The translations under genes were made by a program, and so were the position numbers. The notes below the pieces were generated by a model. It saw only the letters and a program-made list of their open reading frames with translations. It was not told where the DNA came from and made no database searches. A DNA stretch of 64,000 bases. Source: an uncultured Planctomycetota bacterium (GTDB lineage: Bacteria > Planctomycetota > Phycisphaerae > Tepidisphaerales > Tepidisphaeraceae). Shown one piece after another: positions 34,532 to 47,213 of this stretch (position 1 is the first letter of the stretch; every line of letters starts with the position of its first letter). The stretch lies in contig CAWJEN010000006.1 of the NCBI GenBank assembly GCA_963841915.1, forward strand, positions 1,280,001 to 1,344,000, in the 5' to 3' direction.

Positions 34532-34724
34532 CGTTGGTGAGTCTAACGCCGACCCTTACCCGATGCGAACATCGCTTGTGCGCGACGCGACTTGCGGGGA
34601 TGCCGCTGCAGCCTTAGCTGCTGTGCGGCACCGATCATGCATGGAAGCTGAGACGCCTAGTGGAAACGTCGCGCGGATCGGTGGTGGCGGAAGTGCTGAT
34701 AATCCACTAAGGACGCCCGTCGCA

Positions 34725-34752
34725 TCAACACAGCGGCGAGGTCGGCCGATAG
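34725..34752 (+). promoter_or_regulatory. Sigma-28-like promoter candidate
   Basis: TCAA-N16-GCCGATAG upstream of the 34835 gene. Confidence 0.35.
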
Positions 34753-34834
34753 AGGGGCCAGACGGGCAGGTCGTGGCCAGGGTGGCGGCGTCAGATTCCC
34801 GTTCTTCACCCAAAGACCCCTTGAAACAACAGCC

Positions 34835-35524
34835 ATGCCAAGCCGAACCAACTACCTCCCGACGCGAATCGCCGACCTGATCGAATGGGCGGTTTCCTTC
34901 CACCGCAACGCGACACTGCTCCAGGGCGAGATCGGCCTGAGCGAGCAGGCGGTCACCGACCTGTCGACGACGCTCGATCGGGCGAAGGCGTCGGTCGACG
35001 CCGCTTCGGACCCCCTGACCCGCACGCGGATTTCGGTCGAACGCCAACGGGAAGATCTGGACACGCTCAAGCGGAGCCTGCGCAGCCTCGTCAAGCAGGT
35101 GCAGGCCCATCCGCAGACGACGGACGATCAGCGGCGGCAGCTGGATATCACCGTGCCCGACCGCACAAGAAGTGACCGACCTGCCCCCGGCGAGGAGCCC
35201 GTCGTGACGATCACGAAGGTGCAGCGGCACATGGTGGCGATCAAGATCCGCCGCGAGGACGGCCGGGCCGGCAAGCCGGCGGGCATCAGTGGCATGAACG
35301 TCTACTACGCGGTCAGCGAGACCATGCCGTCGCACATCGGCGGCTGGACGCACGCCGGGCAGGCGACGCGGATGAGCCACGTCATCGCGATGCCCGAGTC
35401 GATCGCGCCCGGGGCGACCATCTGGATCACGGCCAACTACTACAACGGCCGCGGCGAGACCGGCCCGCTGGCGGACGCGATCAGCACGAACCTGCCCGGC
35501 GGGCAGGCCCGGCTGGCGGCGTAA
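34835..35524 (+). CDS. Uncharacterised protein, helical N-domain plus beta-sandwich-like C-domain; paralogue of 59458-60174
   Basis: Intact ORF; shares AAxDPxTR, TxDQRxxL, KP, TxWITAxxxNxxGxxGP, SxNLP with the 59458 protein. Confidence 0.85.
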   Translation: MPSRTNYLPTRIADLIEWAVSFHRNATLLQGEIGLSEQAVTDLSTTLDRAKASVDAASDPLTRTRISVERQREDLDTLKRSLRSLVKQVQAHPQTTDDQRRQLDITVPDRTRSDRPAPGEEPVVTITKVQRHMVAIKIRREDGRAGKPAGISGMNVYYAVSETMPSHIGGWTHAGQATRMSHVIAMPESIAPGATIWITANYYNGRGETGPLADAISTNLPGGQARLAA

Positions 35525-35545
35525 CGAAGCATGTTAAAGCATGAC

Positions 35546-35581
35546 ACACAGCCCGCCCGGCCAATGCCGGGCGGGCTGTGT
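35546..35581. terminator. Intrinsic terminator between convergent genes
   Basis: ACACAGCCCGCCCGGC-CAAT-GCCGGGCGGGCTGTGT: 16-bp stem. Confidence 0.82.
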
Positions 35582-35634
35582 TTGCAGGCTTGCGTGGTCC
35601 AGATCCGGCTGCCCTTGCATCGTTCCGCTTTATG

Positions 35635-36639
35635 CTACTTCTGCGGCTCCACCGTTGCGAGGCTTGGCTCGAACATCTTTGCCGCCAGCAGACGCCGCCA
35701 TGCTTCGATGAACGGGAGCTGGTTGTAGCGATCCGGGAACTTCTCACGCAGCTTGTCGCTGACGAGCGGGTAGAACCGCGAGTCCATGCCCGGGAACAGG
35801 TGGTGCTCGGTGTGGTACGAGAAGTTGAAGTGCAACGCGTCGACCCAGCGCGGGACGATGACCGACGTGCTCGAGCCGACTGGATCGCTTTCGTCGTGAA
35901 TCGGATGCAGGAAGTGGTTCGTGAAGACATACGCCATGACGACGGCCGAGGCGACGACCCACGGGAACGGGCCAATGAGCAGGTATCGGATCGGGTCGAA
36001 CCCGACGATGGCGAAAGCAGCGACCTGGATCAAGACGATCACGCCCAGCTCGAGGGCGATGGCGCGGCGTTGCTTGGCGTCGTACTCCGGGGCGGCGGGC
36101 AGCGTGCCCCAGTGGCCGCCGCTGAGGGCGGCGATGATGTTCCGCATCACGTAACCCACAAATTGCAACGGCACGAGCGGGCTGAACCGCAACCAGCCCT
36201 TTTGCGGGTGGAACGCCGCCGAGATGGCTGTGTTCCGCTTGTTGGCCTCATCGGTCATCCACCGACGGTCAGGGTCGCCGGGCGTGTTGGTGTTGCCGTG
36301 GTGGGTGATGTTGTGCACCTCGTGCCACATCGTCGGCGGGATGCCGAGCAACCCCATGAAGCCGGTTTCGATGATCTGCTTGAGCTTGCCTCGCTTGAGG
36401 ATCGAGTTGTGGCTGAGCTCGTGGGCGAGAAAGGCGAGGCACGCCAAACTGTGCCCTGCGAGGAGGCCGAGCAGCGGCCAAGCCCACCACGCGAGGTAGC
36501 GTGCAGCCACCCAGCACGTGACGACGATGGCGACGTGCGCGAAAGCAGGAATGATCTTCCGCGGGCTACGACGGAACGCCTCCGCCGGCAAGAGCGGGCG
36601 AATCGCGGTGGAATAGGTGCGGTGCGGGTTACTGCTCAA
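35635..36639 (-). CDS. Membrane fatty acid desaturase family protein
   Basis: Three His boxes HELSH, HNITHH, HTEHH plus TM segments; TTG start approximate. Confidence 0.9.
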   Translation of the reverse strand: MSSNPHRTYSTAIRPLLPAEAFRRSPRKIIPAFAHVAIVVTCWVAARYLAWWAWPLLGLLAGHSLACLAFLAHELSHNSILKRGKLKQIIETGFMGLLGIPPTMWHEVHNITHHGNTNTPGDPDRRWMTDEANKRNTAISAAFHPQKGWLRFSPLVPLQFVGYVMRNIIAALSGGHWGTLPAAPEYDAKQRRAIALELGVIVLIQVAAFAIVGFDPIRYLLIGPFPWVVASAVVMAYVFTNHFLHPIHDESDPVGSSTSVIVPRWVDALHFNFSYHTEHHLFPGMDSRFYPLVSDKLREKFPDRYNQLPFIEAWRRLLAAKMFEPSLATVEPQK

Positions 36640-36771
36640 ATCGATATCCGTTGGTAAGTGTCGGGCCTTGCACGTGATCGTACTGCCGAACGGTGCTCGA
36701 AGATCGCTGCTGTTTTCAGATCGACGGTGTTGGTTTTGCAGAGCGGCGACGCAAGCCGCCGTACAGTTCGT

Positions 36772-38155
36772 TTGTTGCGTCGCATCCTGCTGAACCTCTT
36801 CCTCCCGCTTTGCGCAGCAGCGGCAGGCGGGTGTGCGGCCGTACACGGAAGTCGAGGCTGGAGTCGTCGTCGTTCCCGCCGACTTCTCCAGGACCGGCGA
36901 ACCGGCGATGCCGTTGAAGTGGTGGACGACGTTCCAAAGCAACGCACTGAACGGCCATGTCGATCGAGCGCTTTCCAACAACCTGTCGCTGGCCAGTGCA
37001 CGGGCACGACTCGACGAGGCCGCGGCCCTTGTCCGGCGGCAGCGGTCGGAGCTGTTCCCGCAGGTCGACGGCATCGCCGAGGGGCGACGAATCGAGACCG
37101 ACGGCGACGACCAGACCGACCTGAGCCTTGGCTTGGCCGCCTCTTACGAGGTTGATCTGTGGGGCCGCATCCGTGCCGACGTTGCCGCCGAGCGGTTGCA
37201 GGCAATGGCGACGGCGAGCGATCTGCAGACTGCAGCCGTGACGCTGTCGGCACAGGTGGCCGAAGTATGGTTCTCGCTCGTGGTCGCACGGCAGCAGCTT
37301 GACCTGCTGGCGTCACAGCTCGAGACGAACACCACGGTGCTAACGGTGCTCGAACGACGCTTCGCCGCCGGGCAATCGGGCAGTGCAGACGTCCTGCGGC
37401 AACGGCAGCTTGTCGAGGCGTCGCGCGGGCAGATCGTTGTCGCCGAGTCGCAGGTGGCGGTGCTGGAGCATCAGCTGGCGGTGCTGGAAGGCGACGCACC
37501 GTCGCGACAGATGGAGGTGCCGGACAACTTGCCGACCGTACCGCCGTTGCCGGCGACGGGTGTGCCGGCAGCGTTGCTACAGCGTCGGCCGGACCTGCTT
37601 GCGGCACGGCAGCGGCTCGCCAGCACTGACCGCTCGCTCGCCGCGGCCGTGCGGGATCAGTATCCGCGGCTGGATTTGACCGCCTCGCTCACCACCGCCG
37701 CCGAGCGTCCAGCGGATCTCTTCGAGGAGTGGCTCGCCTCGGTTGCCGCCGGTCTTGTCGCCCCGCTCATCGACGGCGGCCTTCGCCGGGCTGAAGTCGA
37801 ACGCACTGAAGCCGTCCGCCGACAGCTCCTGTACGACTACGGGCAAAGCGTGCTGATCGCTCTGCAGGATGTCGAAGACGCGCTCGTGCTCGAAGCGGCG
37901 CAGGTTCGCCTCATCGACAGCCTCACGGTGCAGCGCGACCTCGCCGAGTCGACGTACGACCAACTCCGCAACCAGTATCTCAACGGTGCTGCCGACTTTC
38001 TGGCGGTCTTGTCTGCGTTGCAGGCGCAACAGCAGATCGAGCGCGATCTTTTGGAAGCTGTCCGGCAGCGGGTGATCTTTCGCATCGGCCTCTACCGTGC
38101 TTTGGCCGGAGGATTCGAGTTGCCGCCGTACGTAGAGGAGTCGAGTCGTGAGTGA
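36772..38155 (+). CDS. Efflux outer-membrane lipoprotein, TolC/NodT family (frameshift just after lipobox)
   Basis: Lipoprotein signal LRRILLNLFLPLCAAAAGGC; WWTTF, SYEVDLWGRIR, LLQRRPDL, LYRALAGG. Confidence 0.9.
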
Positions 38156-39359
38156 AGACGTTGTCGAACCTGCTGAGGAGGACGCCCCCGGCACGTGGCT
38201 GCGCGTGGCGGTTACGGTCGTCGCCTGCCTCGTCCTTGTCGCCGCGGCAGGCGGTGCGACGTACTGGATCTACACCAACGAACCCGAAGCTCAGCGCGAA
38301 ACGCAAACCCGCCGCTCCGCCGCCCCGGTCGAGACGATGACCGTCACCCGCGGCGACTATCAGCCGCGACTCCGCGTGCTCGGCACGGTCGAGCCGGCAC
38401 GTGACATCATGCTGAGTCCGCGGGTCGGCGGACAGATCGTCGACGTCTCGCCCGACTTCGAGCCCGGCGGCATCATTATGGCCGGCGACCCGATCGTGCG
38501 GCTCGACCCGGCCGACTACGAGCAGGCGCTTCGTGCCAGGCAAAGCGAGCTCGACCAAGCCGAGGCGGAGCTGGCCATCGAAGAAGGCATGCAGGCTGTC
38601 GCACGACAGGAGTTCGAGCTGCTCGGCGGTGACATCGCACCCGGTGACGCGTCGCTGGCCCTTCGCGAGCCGCAGATCCGCTCGATCCGCGCCCGCGTCG
38701 ACGCCGCCCAGGCTGCCGTGGCACAGGCACAGCTGGCCCTCGACCGCGTCAACGTCGTCGCACCGTTCGACGCCAAAGTTCTCGACCGTGAAGCCAATCT
38801 CGGTTCACAGGTCGCACCCGGCCAAGCCATCGGTCGCATCGTCGGCATCGACCACTACTGGGTCACGGCCGGCGTGCCGTTGCGCGATCTGCAGTCGATC
38901 GACTTCGCCGCCGAGACCGGTGACGACGGCTCTCCCGTGCAGGTTCGTCAAACCACCGCATGGCCCGAAGGCGTTTACCGCGAAGGGCGTGTCAGTCGGC
39001 TCGTCGGCCGCGTCGACGAGATGTCGCGACTCGCCCGCGTGCTCGTTCGCGTGCCTGACCCGCTGGCCCGCAACACCGACGGCCCGCAACTGGTTCTCGG
39101 CACGATCGTCGAACTGTCCATCGCCGCCCGGCCGTTGACGAACGTCGTCCGCCTCGACCGCCAGTACCTTCGGCAGAACGACACCGTCTGGGTACTCGCA
39201 GATGGCAAACTCGACGTCCGCCCCGTGACCGTCTCCTTCGAAGAGCAAGAGATCGTCTTCATCAGCGACGGTCTTGAGGACGGCGACGAGGTCATCACCA
39301 CGTCCCTCGCCACCGTCACGGCCGGCGTCGAGCTTCGCCGCATCGAGGAGACGCCATGA
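38148..39359 (+). CDS. RND efflux periplasmic adaptor subunit
   Basis: N-terminal [33 protein letters not shown]. Confidence 0.92.
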   Translation: MSEDVVEPAEEDAPGTWLRVAVTVVACLVLVAAAGGATYWIYTNEPEAQRETQTRRSAAPVETMTVTRGDYQPRLRVLGTVEPARDIMLSPRVGGQIVDVSPDFEPGGIIMAGDPIVRLDPADYEQALRARQSELDQAEAELAIEEGMQAVARQEFELLGGDIAPGDASLALREPQIRSIRARVDAAQAAVAQAQLALDRVNVVAPFDAKVLDREANLGSQVAPGQAIGRIVGIDHYWVTAGVPLRDLQSIDFAAETGDDGSPVQVRQTTAWPEGVYREGRVSRLVGRVDEMSRLARVLVRVPDPLARNTDGPQLVLGTIVELSIAARPLTNVVRLDRQYLRQNDTVWVLADGKLDVRPVTVSFEEQEIVFISDGLEDGDEVITTSLATVTAGVELRRIEETP

Positions 39360-42300
39360 GCGACAACAACGCCTTCGGCGACGCGGCCGGCAGCGACACC
39401 CGTGTCGGGCCGATCGCCTGGATGGCCCGCAATCCCATTGCGGCCAACCTGCTCATGGTCATCTTGCTCCTCGGCGGCTTTTGGGCGGCCGTCGGTGTGC
39501 AGAAAGAGGTCTTCCCGTCGGCCGAACTCGATGTCGTCGAAGTCCGCGTCGGCTACCCAGGTGCCGCCCCGACCGAGGTCGAGCAAGGAATTCTCCGCCC
39601 TGTCGAAGAAGCCATCCGCGGCGTCGACGGCGTGCGCGACGTCATCTCCAACGCACGCGAAGGCTCCGGCAGTGTCGACGTCGAACTCGTCAGCGGCGTC
39701 GACCGCATCAAGGTTTTCCAGGACATCGACGCCGCCGTCAGTCGCATCCGCACGTTCCCCGACGACATCGAGCAGCCCGAGGTCCGTCTTCGAGCGCGGC
39801 AGCAAGAGGTCATGTCCGTCGTGCTCTACGGCCCGGTCGACACGTGGACGCTCCGCGGCCTGGCAGAGCGACTGCGCGACGAACTCGTCGCCAGTGAATC
39901 GATCAGCCAGGTTGAGCTCGGCCGCGTCTCCGACTACGTCACGCACGTCGAGATCCCACGCGACCGCCTGCGCGAGTTCGGACTGACGCTCGGCGACGTC
40001 GCCCGCAAGATCGAGGTCGCCAGCAACGACGTCGCCGCCGGCGCGGTCGAGACGAATAGCGGCGAAATCCTCCTGCGGGTCAAAGCACGCAAGCAGTTCG
40101 CCGAGCAGTTCGAAGACGTCGAGATCGTCGCCGAACCCGGCGGCGCGGTCGTCACACTCGGCGACATCGGCACTGTCCGCGACGGCTTCGCCGAAGAAGA
40201 CTTTCCGTCGCAATTCAACCAGACGCCGTCGGTCGAGTTGGAGGTGTATCGCGTCGGTGAGCAATCACCGCTGGACGTGGCCGAGGCGGTCGAGGCGACG
40301 CTGGCGAACTTCGAGCAGGTCCTGCCGCCGGGCGTGGCGTGGCGGACCGACTCGAACGCCGCCGAAGACTTCAGCCGTCGGCTGACGCTCGTCACGTCCA
40401 ACGGCTTGATGGCCGTCGTGATCGTGCTGCTGATTTTGTCGCTGTTTCTGGAGTTTCGCCTGGCGTTCTGGGTGATGCTCGGCATGTCGATCAGCTTCAT
40501 CGGCGGCCTGCTGTTCCTGCCGGTGACGGGCGTGAGCATCAACATGATCAGCCTCTTCGGCTTTCTGATCGTCCTCGGCATCGTCGTCGACGACGCCGTG
40601 GTCGTCGGCGAGAACGTCTACGAACGTCGACAATCCGGCGAGTCGGCCATGACCGCCGCCATCCGCGGCACGCGAGAGATCAGCGGGCCGGTCGTCTTCA
40701 GCATCCTGACGAACATCGTCGCCTTCGTGCCGTTGATGTTCATCCCCGGCGAAACGGGGCAGTTCTGGAAGCCGCTGCCGATCATCGTCATCATCATCCT
40801 GCTCGTCTCGCTGCTCGAGGCGCTCTTCATCCTGCCGGCCCACCTGGCCCACCTCAAGCAGGCCCGGCCCACGACGCGTCGCGGCATCCGCGGCCGACTG
40901 CACGCGGCACAGCAAGGCTTTTCGAAGCTCTTTTCCCGCGGCGTCGAGAGGCTCTACCGCCCGGTGCTGGCGTTGGCCCTGCGGTTCCGCTACATCACGG
41001 CGACGGCTGCCTTGTCGCTGCTCTTCGTCGTCGGCGGATACGCGACCAGCGCCCACATGGGCATGATCCTCATGCCCGAGGTCAGTGCCGACGAAATCGA
41101 AGCCGGCGTGCGGCTGCCCGGCGGCACGACACCCGAGCAGGCCGCCAAAGTCGCCGCCGACGTCACCGCCGCCAGCCTTCGGATGTTCGAGGAGCACGAC
41201 CTTGATCGCGTCGCCGAGGGCATCAAGACCAACGTCCGCGGCGGTGGCAGCTTCGTCGACGTCGAGATCGTCATGCGTCCGCCCGACGAACGCGATATGA
41301 CCGCCTCGCAAGTCATCGACCTGTGGCGCGACTCCATCGGCGACCTGCCGGGCGTCGACCAGATCACCTTCGAAGCCGAACGCGGCCCCGGCGGCTGGCG
41401 ACGAGACATCGCCATCGCCCTGTCTCACAGCGACACCGCCACACTCGAGCGCGCCGCTAAAGCACTCGTCGCCCGCTGTGAGGAGTTCGCCAACGTCGTC
41501 GATGTCAACGACTCCAACGACCGCGGCAAGACACAGTTCGACTTCCGCCTCCTGCCCGAAGGCCAGGCACTGGGCCTGACGCCGGCCGACGTCGGCCAGC
41601 AGGTTCGCGGCTCGTTCGTCGGCTCGCTCGCCCTTCGCCTGCTCCGCGGCACGAACGAGATCGAGGTCCGCGTCCGCCTGCCGGAAAACGAGCGCGAAGA
41701 CCTCTTCGCCCTGCGCGACCTGATGCTCCGCACGCCCGACGGCGTCGAGGTGCCGCTCTACGACGTCGTCGAAGTCACCGAGGGACAGGCCTACAGCAGC
41801 ATCTCCCGCCGCAACGGCCGACGCGTCGTCAACGTCTCGATGAATGTCGAGCCCAAACGAGCCGTCGGCCAGGTGCTCGACGCCATCCAGGCCGACGTGC
41901 TCCCGAGCCTGCGCAACGACTTCCCCGGCCTGACGTGGACGTTCGTCGGCAGCAACGCCGAGATGCGCAAGGCCACCGGCACGCTCTACAACGGCTTCGC
42001 CCTGGCGATGCTCATCATCTACGCCCTGCTCGCCGTCGCATTCCGTAGCTACCTCCAGCCGCTGATCGTGCTCGTCGCGATCCCGTTCGGCGTCGTCGGT
42101 GCGGTGCTCGGCCACATGCTGCTCGGCTACGACCTGTCGCTCATCAGCCTCATGGGCGTCATCGCTCTGTCAGGCGTCGTCGTCAACGACGCGCTGATCA
42201 TGATCGACTACGCCAATGGCCAACGGGCGACGATGCCCGCTTTCGACGCGATGCTCAAGGCCGGCGTCCGTCGCTTCCGCCCGATCTTCCTGACGACGGC

Positions 42301-42490
42301 CACCACCTTCTGCGGCCTGACGCCGATCATCTTCGAGGACTCGCTGCAGGCCCAGTACATCGTCCCCATGGCGATCAGCCTCGGCTTCGGCATCGTCTTC
42401 GCCACCGCGATCATCCTGCTGCTGGTGCCGTGCCTGTACCTGATGCTCGAAGATCTCTTCGGTTTGAAGCGTCGCCTCCTGGGGGCGTAG
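39356..42490 (+). CDS. RND efflux permease (AcrB family)
   Basis: 1044 aa; [28 protein letters not shown]. Confidence 0.95.
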   Translation: MSDNNAFGDAAGSDTRVGPIAWMARNPIAANLLMVILLLGGFWAAVGVQKEVFPSAELDVVEVRVGYPGAAPTEVEQGILRPVEEAIRGVDGVRDVISNAREGSGSVDVELVSGVDRIKVFQDIDAAVSRIRTFPDDIEQPEVRLRARQQEVMSVVLYGPVDTWTLRGLAERLRDELVASESISQVELGRVSDYVTHVEIPRDRLREFGLTLGDVARKIEVASNDVAAGAVETNSGEILLRVKARKQFAEQFEDVEIVAEPGGAVVTLGDIGTVRDGFAEEDFPSQFNQTPSVELEVYRVGEQSPLDVAEAVEATLANFEQVLPPGVAWRTDSNAAEDFSRRLTLVTSNGLMAVVIVLLILSLFLEFRLAFWVMLGMSISFIGGLLFLPVTGVSINMISLFGFLIVLGIVVDDAVVVGENVYERRQSGESAMTAAIRGTREISGPVVFSILTNIVAFVPLMFIPGETGQFWKPLPIIVIIILLVSLLEALFILPAHLAHLKQARPTTRRGIRGRLHAAQQGFSKLFSRGVERLYRPVLALALRFRYITATAALSLLFVVGGYATSAHMGMILMPEVSADEIEAGVRLPGGTTPEQAAKVAADVTAASLRMFEEHDLDRVAEGIKTNVRGGGSFVDVEIVMRPPDERDMTASQVIDLWRDSIGDLPGVDQITFEAERGPGGWRRDIAIALSHSDTATLERAAKALVARCEEFANVVDVNDSNDRGKTQFDFRLLPEGQALGLTPADVGQQVRGSFVGSLALRLLRGTNEIEVRVRLPENEREDLFALRDLMLRTPDGVEVPLYDVVEVTEGQAYSSISRRNGRRVVNVSMNVEPKRAVGQVLDAIQADVLPSLRNDFPGLTWTFVGSNAEMRKATGTLYNGFALAMLIIYALLAVAFRSYLQPLIVLVAIPFGVVGAVLGHMLLGYDLSLISLMGVIALSGVVVNDALIMIDYANGQRATMPAFDAMLKAGVRRFRPIFLTTATTFCGLTPIIFEDSLQAQYIVPMAISLGFGIVFATAIILLLVPCLYLMLEDLFGLKRRLLGA

Positions 42491-42594
42491 CCGTAGCACA
42501 CAACAGGCTCAGGTGAAAGTTTGACTCTCAGCCGACGTTACCACCGTCCCGGGCTGCTGGAACTGTCGGCGCCGATCTGGCGGATGATGATGAC

Positions 42595-45500
42595 TCAGCG
42601 ACGCCGACGCAGCATCATGCCGCTTGCAAGAAGGAGCGACATCGACGCCTGCTCCGGAACGGTGGCGGCCCAGGCATCCATCAGTGCCAGCTGACCCGCC
42701 GGTGCAGCAGCGAAGCTTCCTCCGAGCGTGCTGCCGAAGTTCGCACGGAGAATGGCAAAGTCGAGAATGGAGATCGTGCCGTCGCCGTTGAAGTCAGCAC
42801 CGCTGCGGCCGGTCGTGCCGAAGTCGCCGCGCAGGATGGCGAAGTCGAGAATGCTGACCGTGCCGTCGAAGTTAGCGTCGCCGTCGAGCAGGCGGACCGG
42901 CAACAGCGTGGTGACGGCGTTGCCATACACCACATTGTAAGCGAGGCCGATCAGCGAGCCGCCGGCAACGATGTCTGCAAACGTGCCCGTGGACGAGGCA
43001 TGAGTTGCGATGTCGAACAGGTCGCCGGGCAGCGGCTGGAAGTTATCGATGGCAACGACGTTCAGGGAGCCGTCGAGGAGCAAATCGCCCAAGATCTCCA
43101 GACGATCGAATGCACCGAACGCGAGGCCACCGAGTTCGATTTCGAGGATGTTCGTTTCGGCGAAGACGACGTCGCCTTCGAACCTGATGATGCCGGGGCT
43201 GTTGCCGGGCGCGTACCCGCCAGCGAAGATGGCGGCGCCGGGTCCGAACAGGAAGCCGGGGCCGCTGACGAGATCGTTGAACCGCGTAGAGCCGATGTAG
43301 GTCGAATCTCCAATCAATTCGACAGGTCCGGAAACCTGCCTGGTGCCGTTTGGTGAGATAAAGACAATGTCGCTGAACGCCTCAACGACCGTCCGACCGG
43401 CGCTGTAACCGCCGATGATCGTCAGTTCGGCACCCGGCTGAACAATGACGACGTTGGTGACCTCCAGAGTTTGATCCTGCGTGAAGGTCGCGGTCGGGCC
43501 GAACAGGCCGTTCGTGCCGATGACAAGGTCGCTATCGGTCAGAGCGAACGTGCCGCGGTCGAAGTCGACGTTGCCGAGGCTTCGTCGCGTTGATCCGTCC
43601 GACTTCGAACCGCCCGCCGTCGACTCGAAAGTAGAGTTGAAAGCATGGCGAGTTCATGGATAGTCGAGCGTCTGACCGTCGGTGAGCGTGCGTTCGTTGC
43701 CGACGACGAGATCGAGAGTGGCGGGCGTCAGCGTCTGCCCGGCGGGGTTGGCGAAGCGGACGGTGCCGGCGTTGAAGTTGAAGGTGCCGCCGGCGAGGGT
43801 GAGGTCGCCGAGCTCGATCGTCCCGCCGTTGACGTTGATGGTGCCGTTCTGGCGAAGGCTGAGCAGGCCATCGGTGTCGACGGTGCCGTTGTCTTCGATG
43901 TTGAGGATGCCGAAGCCACTAGCAGTGCCGGGGCCGATGAAGAGCGCGTGTCGATATCCCATCGCGCCGGCAGGCCGGGCCCGCCGATGGTGGCCTCGCC
44001 GCGGTCGTTGTTGAAGCGTCCGACGAAGCCGAGGTTGCCGGTCTCGACGCGTCCGCCGTCGCGGACGAAGAGGTCGCCCTGACCGTTGACCGAGCCTGTG
44101 GCGGCGACGGAGAAGTCACCGCCGGTCTGGAAGAGTGAGCCGGCGTCTTCGACCGTCAGGCTGCCGTTGCCGGAGTTCTCTGCACCGATTTCGGCGAAAA
44201 CGTCGAGCAGGATCTGCCCGCCGTTGCGAACCGTGACATCGGCGACCGTGCCGAGGTAGACGGCGACGTTCATCTCCTTACCTTGCACGATGCCGCCGTC
44301 GACCATGAGCGTTGCGTGACTGTTGACTTGCTCTGCGATGCTGATGCGTTGGGTGGTCGTCAGAAGCCCACCATCCGAGACGGTGACCGTCGTCGAGTAC
44401 GGCGCTGCTCCCGCCGAAGTGGCCGAGGATCATCCGGCCCATTCCTTTGATAGTCGAGCGTGCTGCCGGAACCGGTGACGGTGAGGCTCGATCCATCGCT
44501 GGTACTTTCGTCTGCGACGACGAAGCTGTACCGCCACCAACATTGATGTCGTCGACAAGCGCACCGTCGGAGACTGTACAGGCTGCCGACGCCGGTATCG
44601 CCGACGAGGAAGGTGCCGTTGATATCGGCCGTGGTGTCGGTGCCGGCGACGGTCATCGTGCCGCTGCTGCCGTAGCCCAGGAGGATGCCATTGGAGGTGA
44701 AGTCGGAGCCGTTGGTCACATTGACCGTGCCGGTGCCACCGAAGCCGACGAGCGTGAGATCAGCGGTCGTGCTGAACGTGGCGTCGTCGACGTTGATCGT
44801 GCCGATGGCGTTGGCTCCGTCGCCGAACAGCACGTCCGGCGGTGCTCAAGCTGGCACCCGAGTTGACGTTGATCGTGCCGGTGCCGGCCGTGTCGTTGCT
44901 CGATCCGCCGATCCAGACCTCCGCCGTTCCGGTGGTCGCAAATCTCCACCGTCGTGATGTCCAGCGTCGCCTCACTGCCGGGGTCGTCGCCGAGCGTGAC
45001 GGCGACGCCCGTCGGCTGATCGAAGGTGGCACTTGCCACGTTGCTCACCGTCATGAACGCGACGCTGCCGGCACCGCCGTTGTTGTTGCCGGCGAAGAGT
45101 TCGGTGCCAGTTAGCGTCGTGCCTGCACCATCAATGAGGACGGTGCCGGCACCGCCTTCAAGCAGGCTGATCTGCAGGTCTTCCAATTCGACGGTGCTTC
45201 CGCTCGTTGAGAATCTGGAGGCTTCCCTGGCTTTCGACGCCGACCGCGATGTTGTTCGCGTTTAGGGTGACCTCGTTGAGGACGTCGAGCTCGCCCTTGG
45301 CCCCTTGGCCGACGAAGATGTTGGCAGAGCTTGCCGTGGCGGACGCACAGGCGACGACCATGCGGTTGTGGAGCGTGTTGGCGACGTTTCGGCCGATGGT
45401 GATGTCGCCGTCGAGGACAGCCGACCGGTGCAGCCTGTTGCCGGCGAGGTCTTGGCCGATGCGGAGGGTGCCGCGCCCGACGTCGCCGACGAAGAGGTTG

Positions 45501-46587
45501 TCGTCGACGATGAGGGACGAGGCGTCCGCCCCGCTGCCGAAGACCGCGACGCTGCCGTCGCCGGTGGTGCCGACGCCGATGACGACGTCGCCGTTGAGTG
45601 TGCCAGAATTAACCGCGCCGACAGGCCGCCCGCCTCGACCGAAAGCGTGCAGTTGCACGCTCGAGACCGACATGCAGGCCGACGCAAACGCCGCTGCAAA
45701 CCGTCGCCGTTGACGACGGCGGTGCCGGTGGATCCGGCCTGGACGGCGATGATCCCGTCCGGCGAGCTGCCGATGTCGGCGTTGAGGGAGCCGCCGTTGG
45801 TGATGTTGAGACCGCGCACTCCGAACCCGACGAAGTGGTCCTCAGCCCGGACAATCGAGCCGACGCCGTCGACGCTGAGCGTGCCCGAAGGACCTGCCGG
45901 CGTTGACGCCGAGCTCGATGTCGGGGACGCCGATCGCGTTGTTGATCGTCGGATTCACCTGGGCGAACCCGCCGTTGGTGACGTTGAGCGTGCCGGTGCC
46001 CTCGCGGCCGATGAAGATGCCTTCGCCGTTGGAGCTGCCGTCGGCGAAGAGCAGGCTGCCGACGCCGTCGACGTCGATGACGCCTTCTGAGCCGACCGCT
46101 TCGCCGATGACGACGTTGAGCCCGCGGAACGTCGAGCCTCCCGTGAGCGACAGCGTGCCGCGGCCCTGGTTGCCGACGGTCATCGAGCCGACGCTGTCCC
46201 ACGCGACGCCGCTCGTCAGCGACAGATTCGCCCCGCTCGTGAGATTCAGCGCCGTCGCGTCGTCGATGAGCACGACGCCCTCGGTGTCGAGAACCGACCC
46301 GCCGATGCCGGTGAAGTCCCAGTTTCCGCCGAGAAGGCTGACGTTGTTGGCGTTGCTGGGCGCGCCGATGATGACGGTCGTCAGCGTGCCAGTTGCCGCG
46401 TCGAAGAAGACGTTGTCGAGTCGGTGGGCGTTTGATTCGGATCCCAGTTGCCCGCCGTGTTCCACGGCAGGAACGCCCCGCCCGTCCGCCGTCCCACGTC
46501 AGGTCCTGCGCAGTACGTGGGCGGAGCTTGGCCACAAGCGGCACCGCCACCGCGACGGCGGCGGCAAGGAGATGACGGGTTCGACAT
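42595..46587 (-). CDS. Large secreted beta-repeat protein with dockerin-like duplication and PEP-CTERM-like tail (many frameshifts)
   Basis: Signal ...HLLAAAVAVAV, LTWDGG..WNTAGNWDPN; recurring IG..G.GTL.V..GG repeats; APGNSPG; GDANFDGTVSILDF x2; VPEQASMSLLLASGMMLRRRR. Confidence 0.8.
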
Positions 46588-47213
46588 CGATCGGCGACAG
46601 GTGATGCATGGCAGCGGGTGGAGTTCGGTGGTTTCAACAACAACAACGCGTGTGGTTCGCGTTCCGCCTCCTTTTAAACAAGTCGCAATCATACAACGCG
46701 CAGGGGTTTGCTGCGGGAGCTGACGCAATGTTTGGGCTGTGTCGGGCGAGAGTATGGGCTGGCCCGGCGCACGCAGCCCGCCAAGCACCTGATTTGCCGT
46801 GCGGCCTTTCCAGTGAGCTTGTTGAAATGCTTCAGGTGCGTTGCCTTCTGGATGACAATCGACTCATCAGCACCATCATTTTGCCTGCACGTCAGCCGAC
46901 CGCGACGTCGCCATCAAGCTCGACCCGCCGATGTTCCTCATGCAGGGCACCGACGCCGCATCCCCTGCCCTCGCCTGGCCGTTCCGCACCATCAACGCAA
47001 CGCTTGCCGACACGGGCGACTTCTCCGATCGCCACGACGACCAGCTGTACCCCACCGTGGTCTGCGTCGGCTTCCGTTGCTGGTGCACGACGTCGCTCGT
47101 TTCCGCGTCCATGGCCCACACGTCGGCGGAGGGTCGGCGTCACTTGAACGCGGGCCGCGGACCGGGCCAGTTCCGATACAAAGGGCGGGTTTCCAGACAG
47201 ACAACGATCCCAG

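Noticed and set aside
40265..42115. Long antisense ORFs (this one, 2862-4571, 55946-57727, 60175-61605 and others)
   Set aside because: Typical stop-poor shadow frames of high-GC genes with no motifs.
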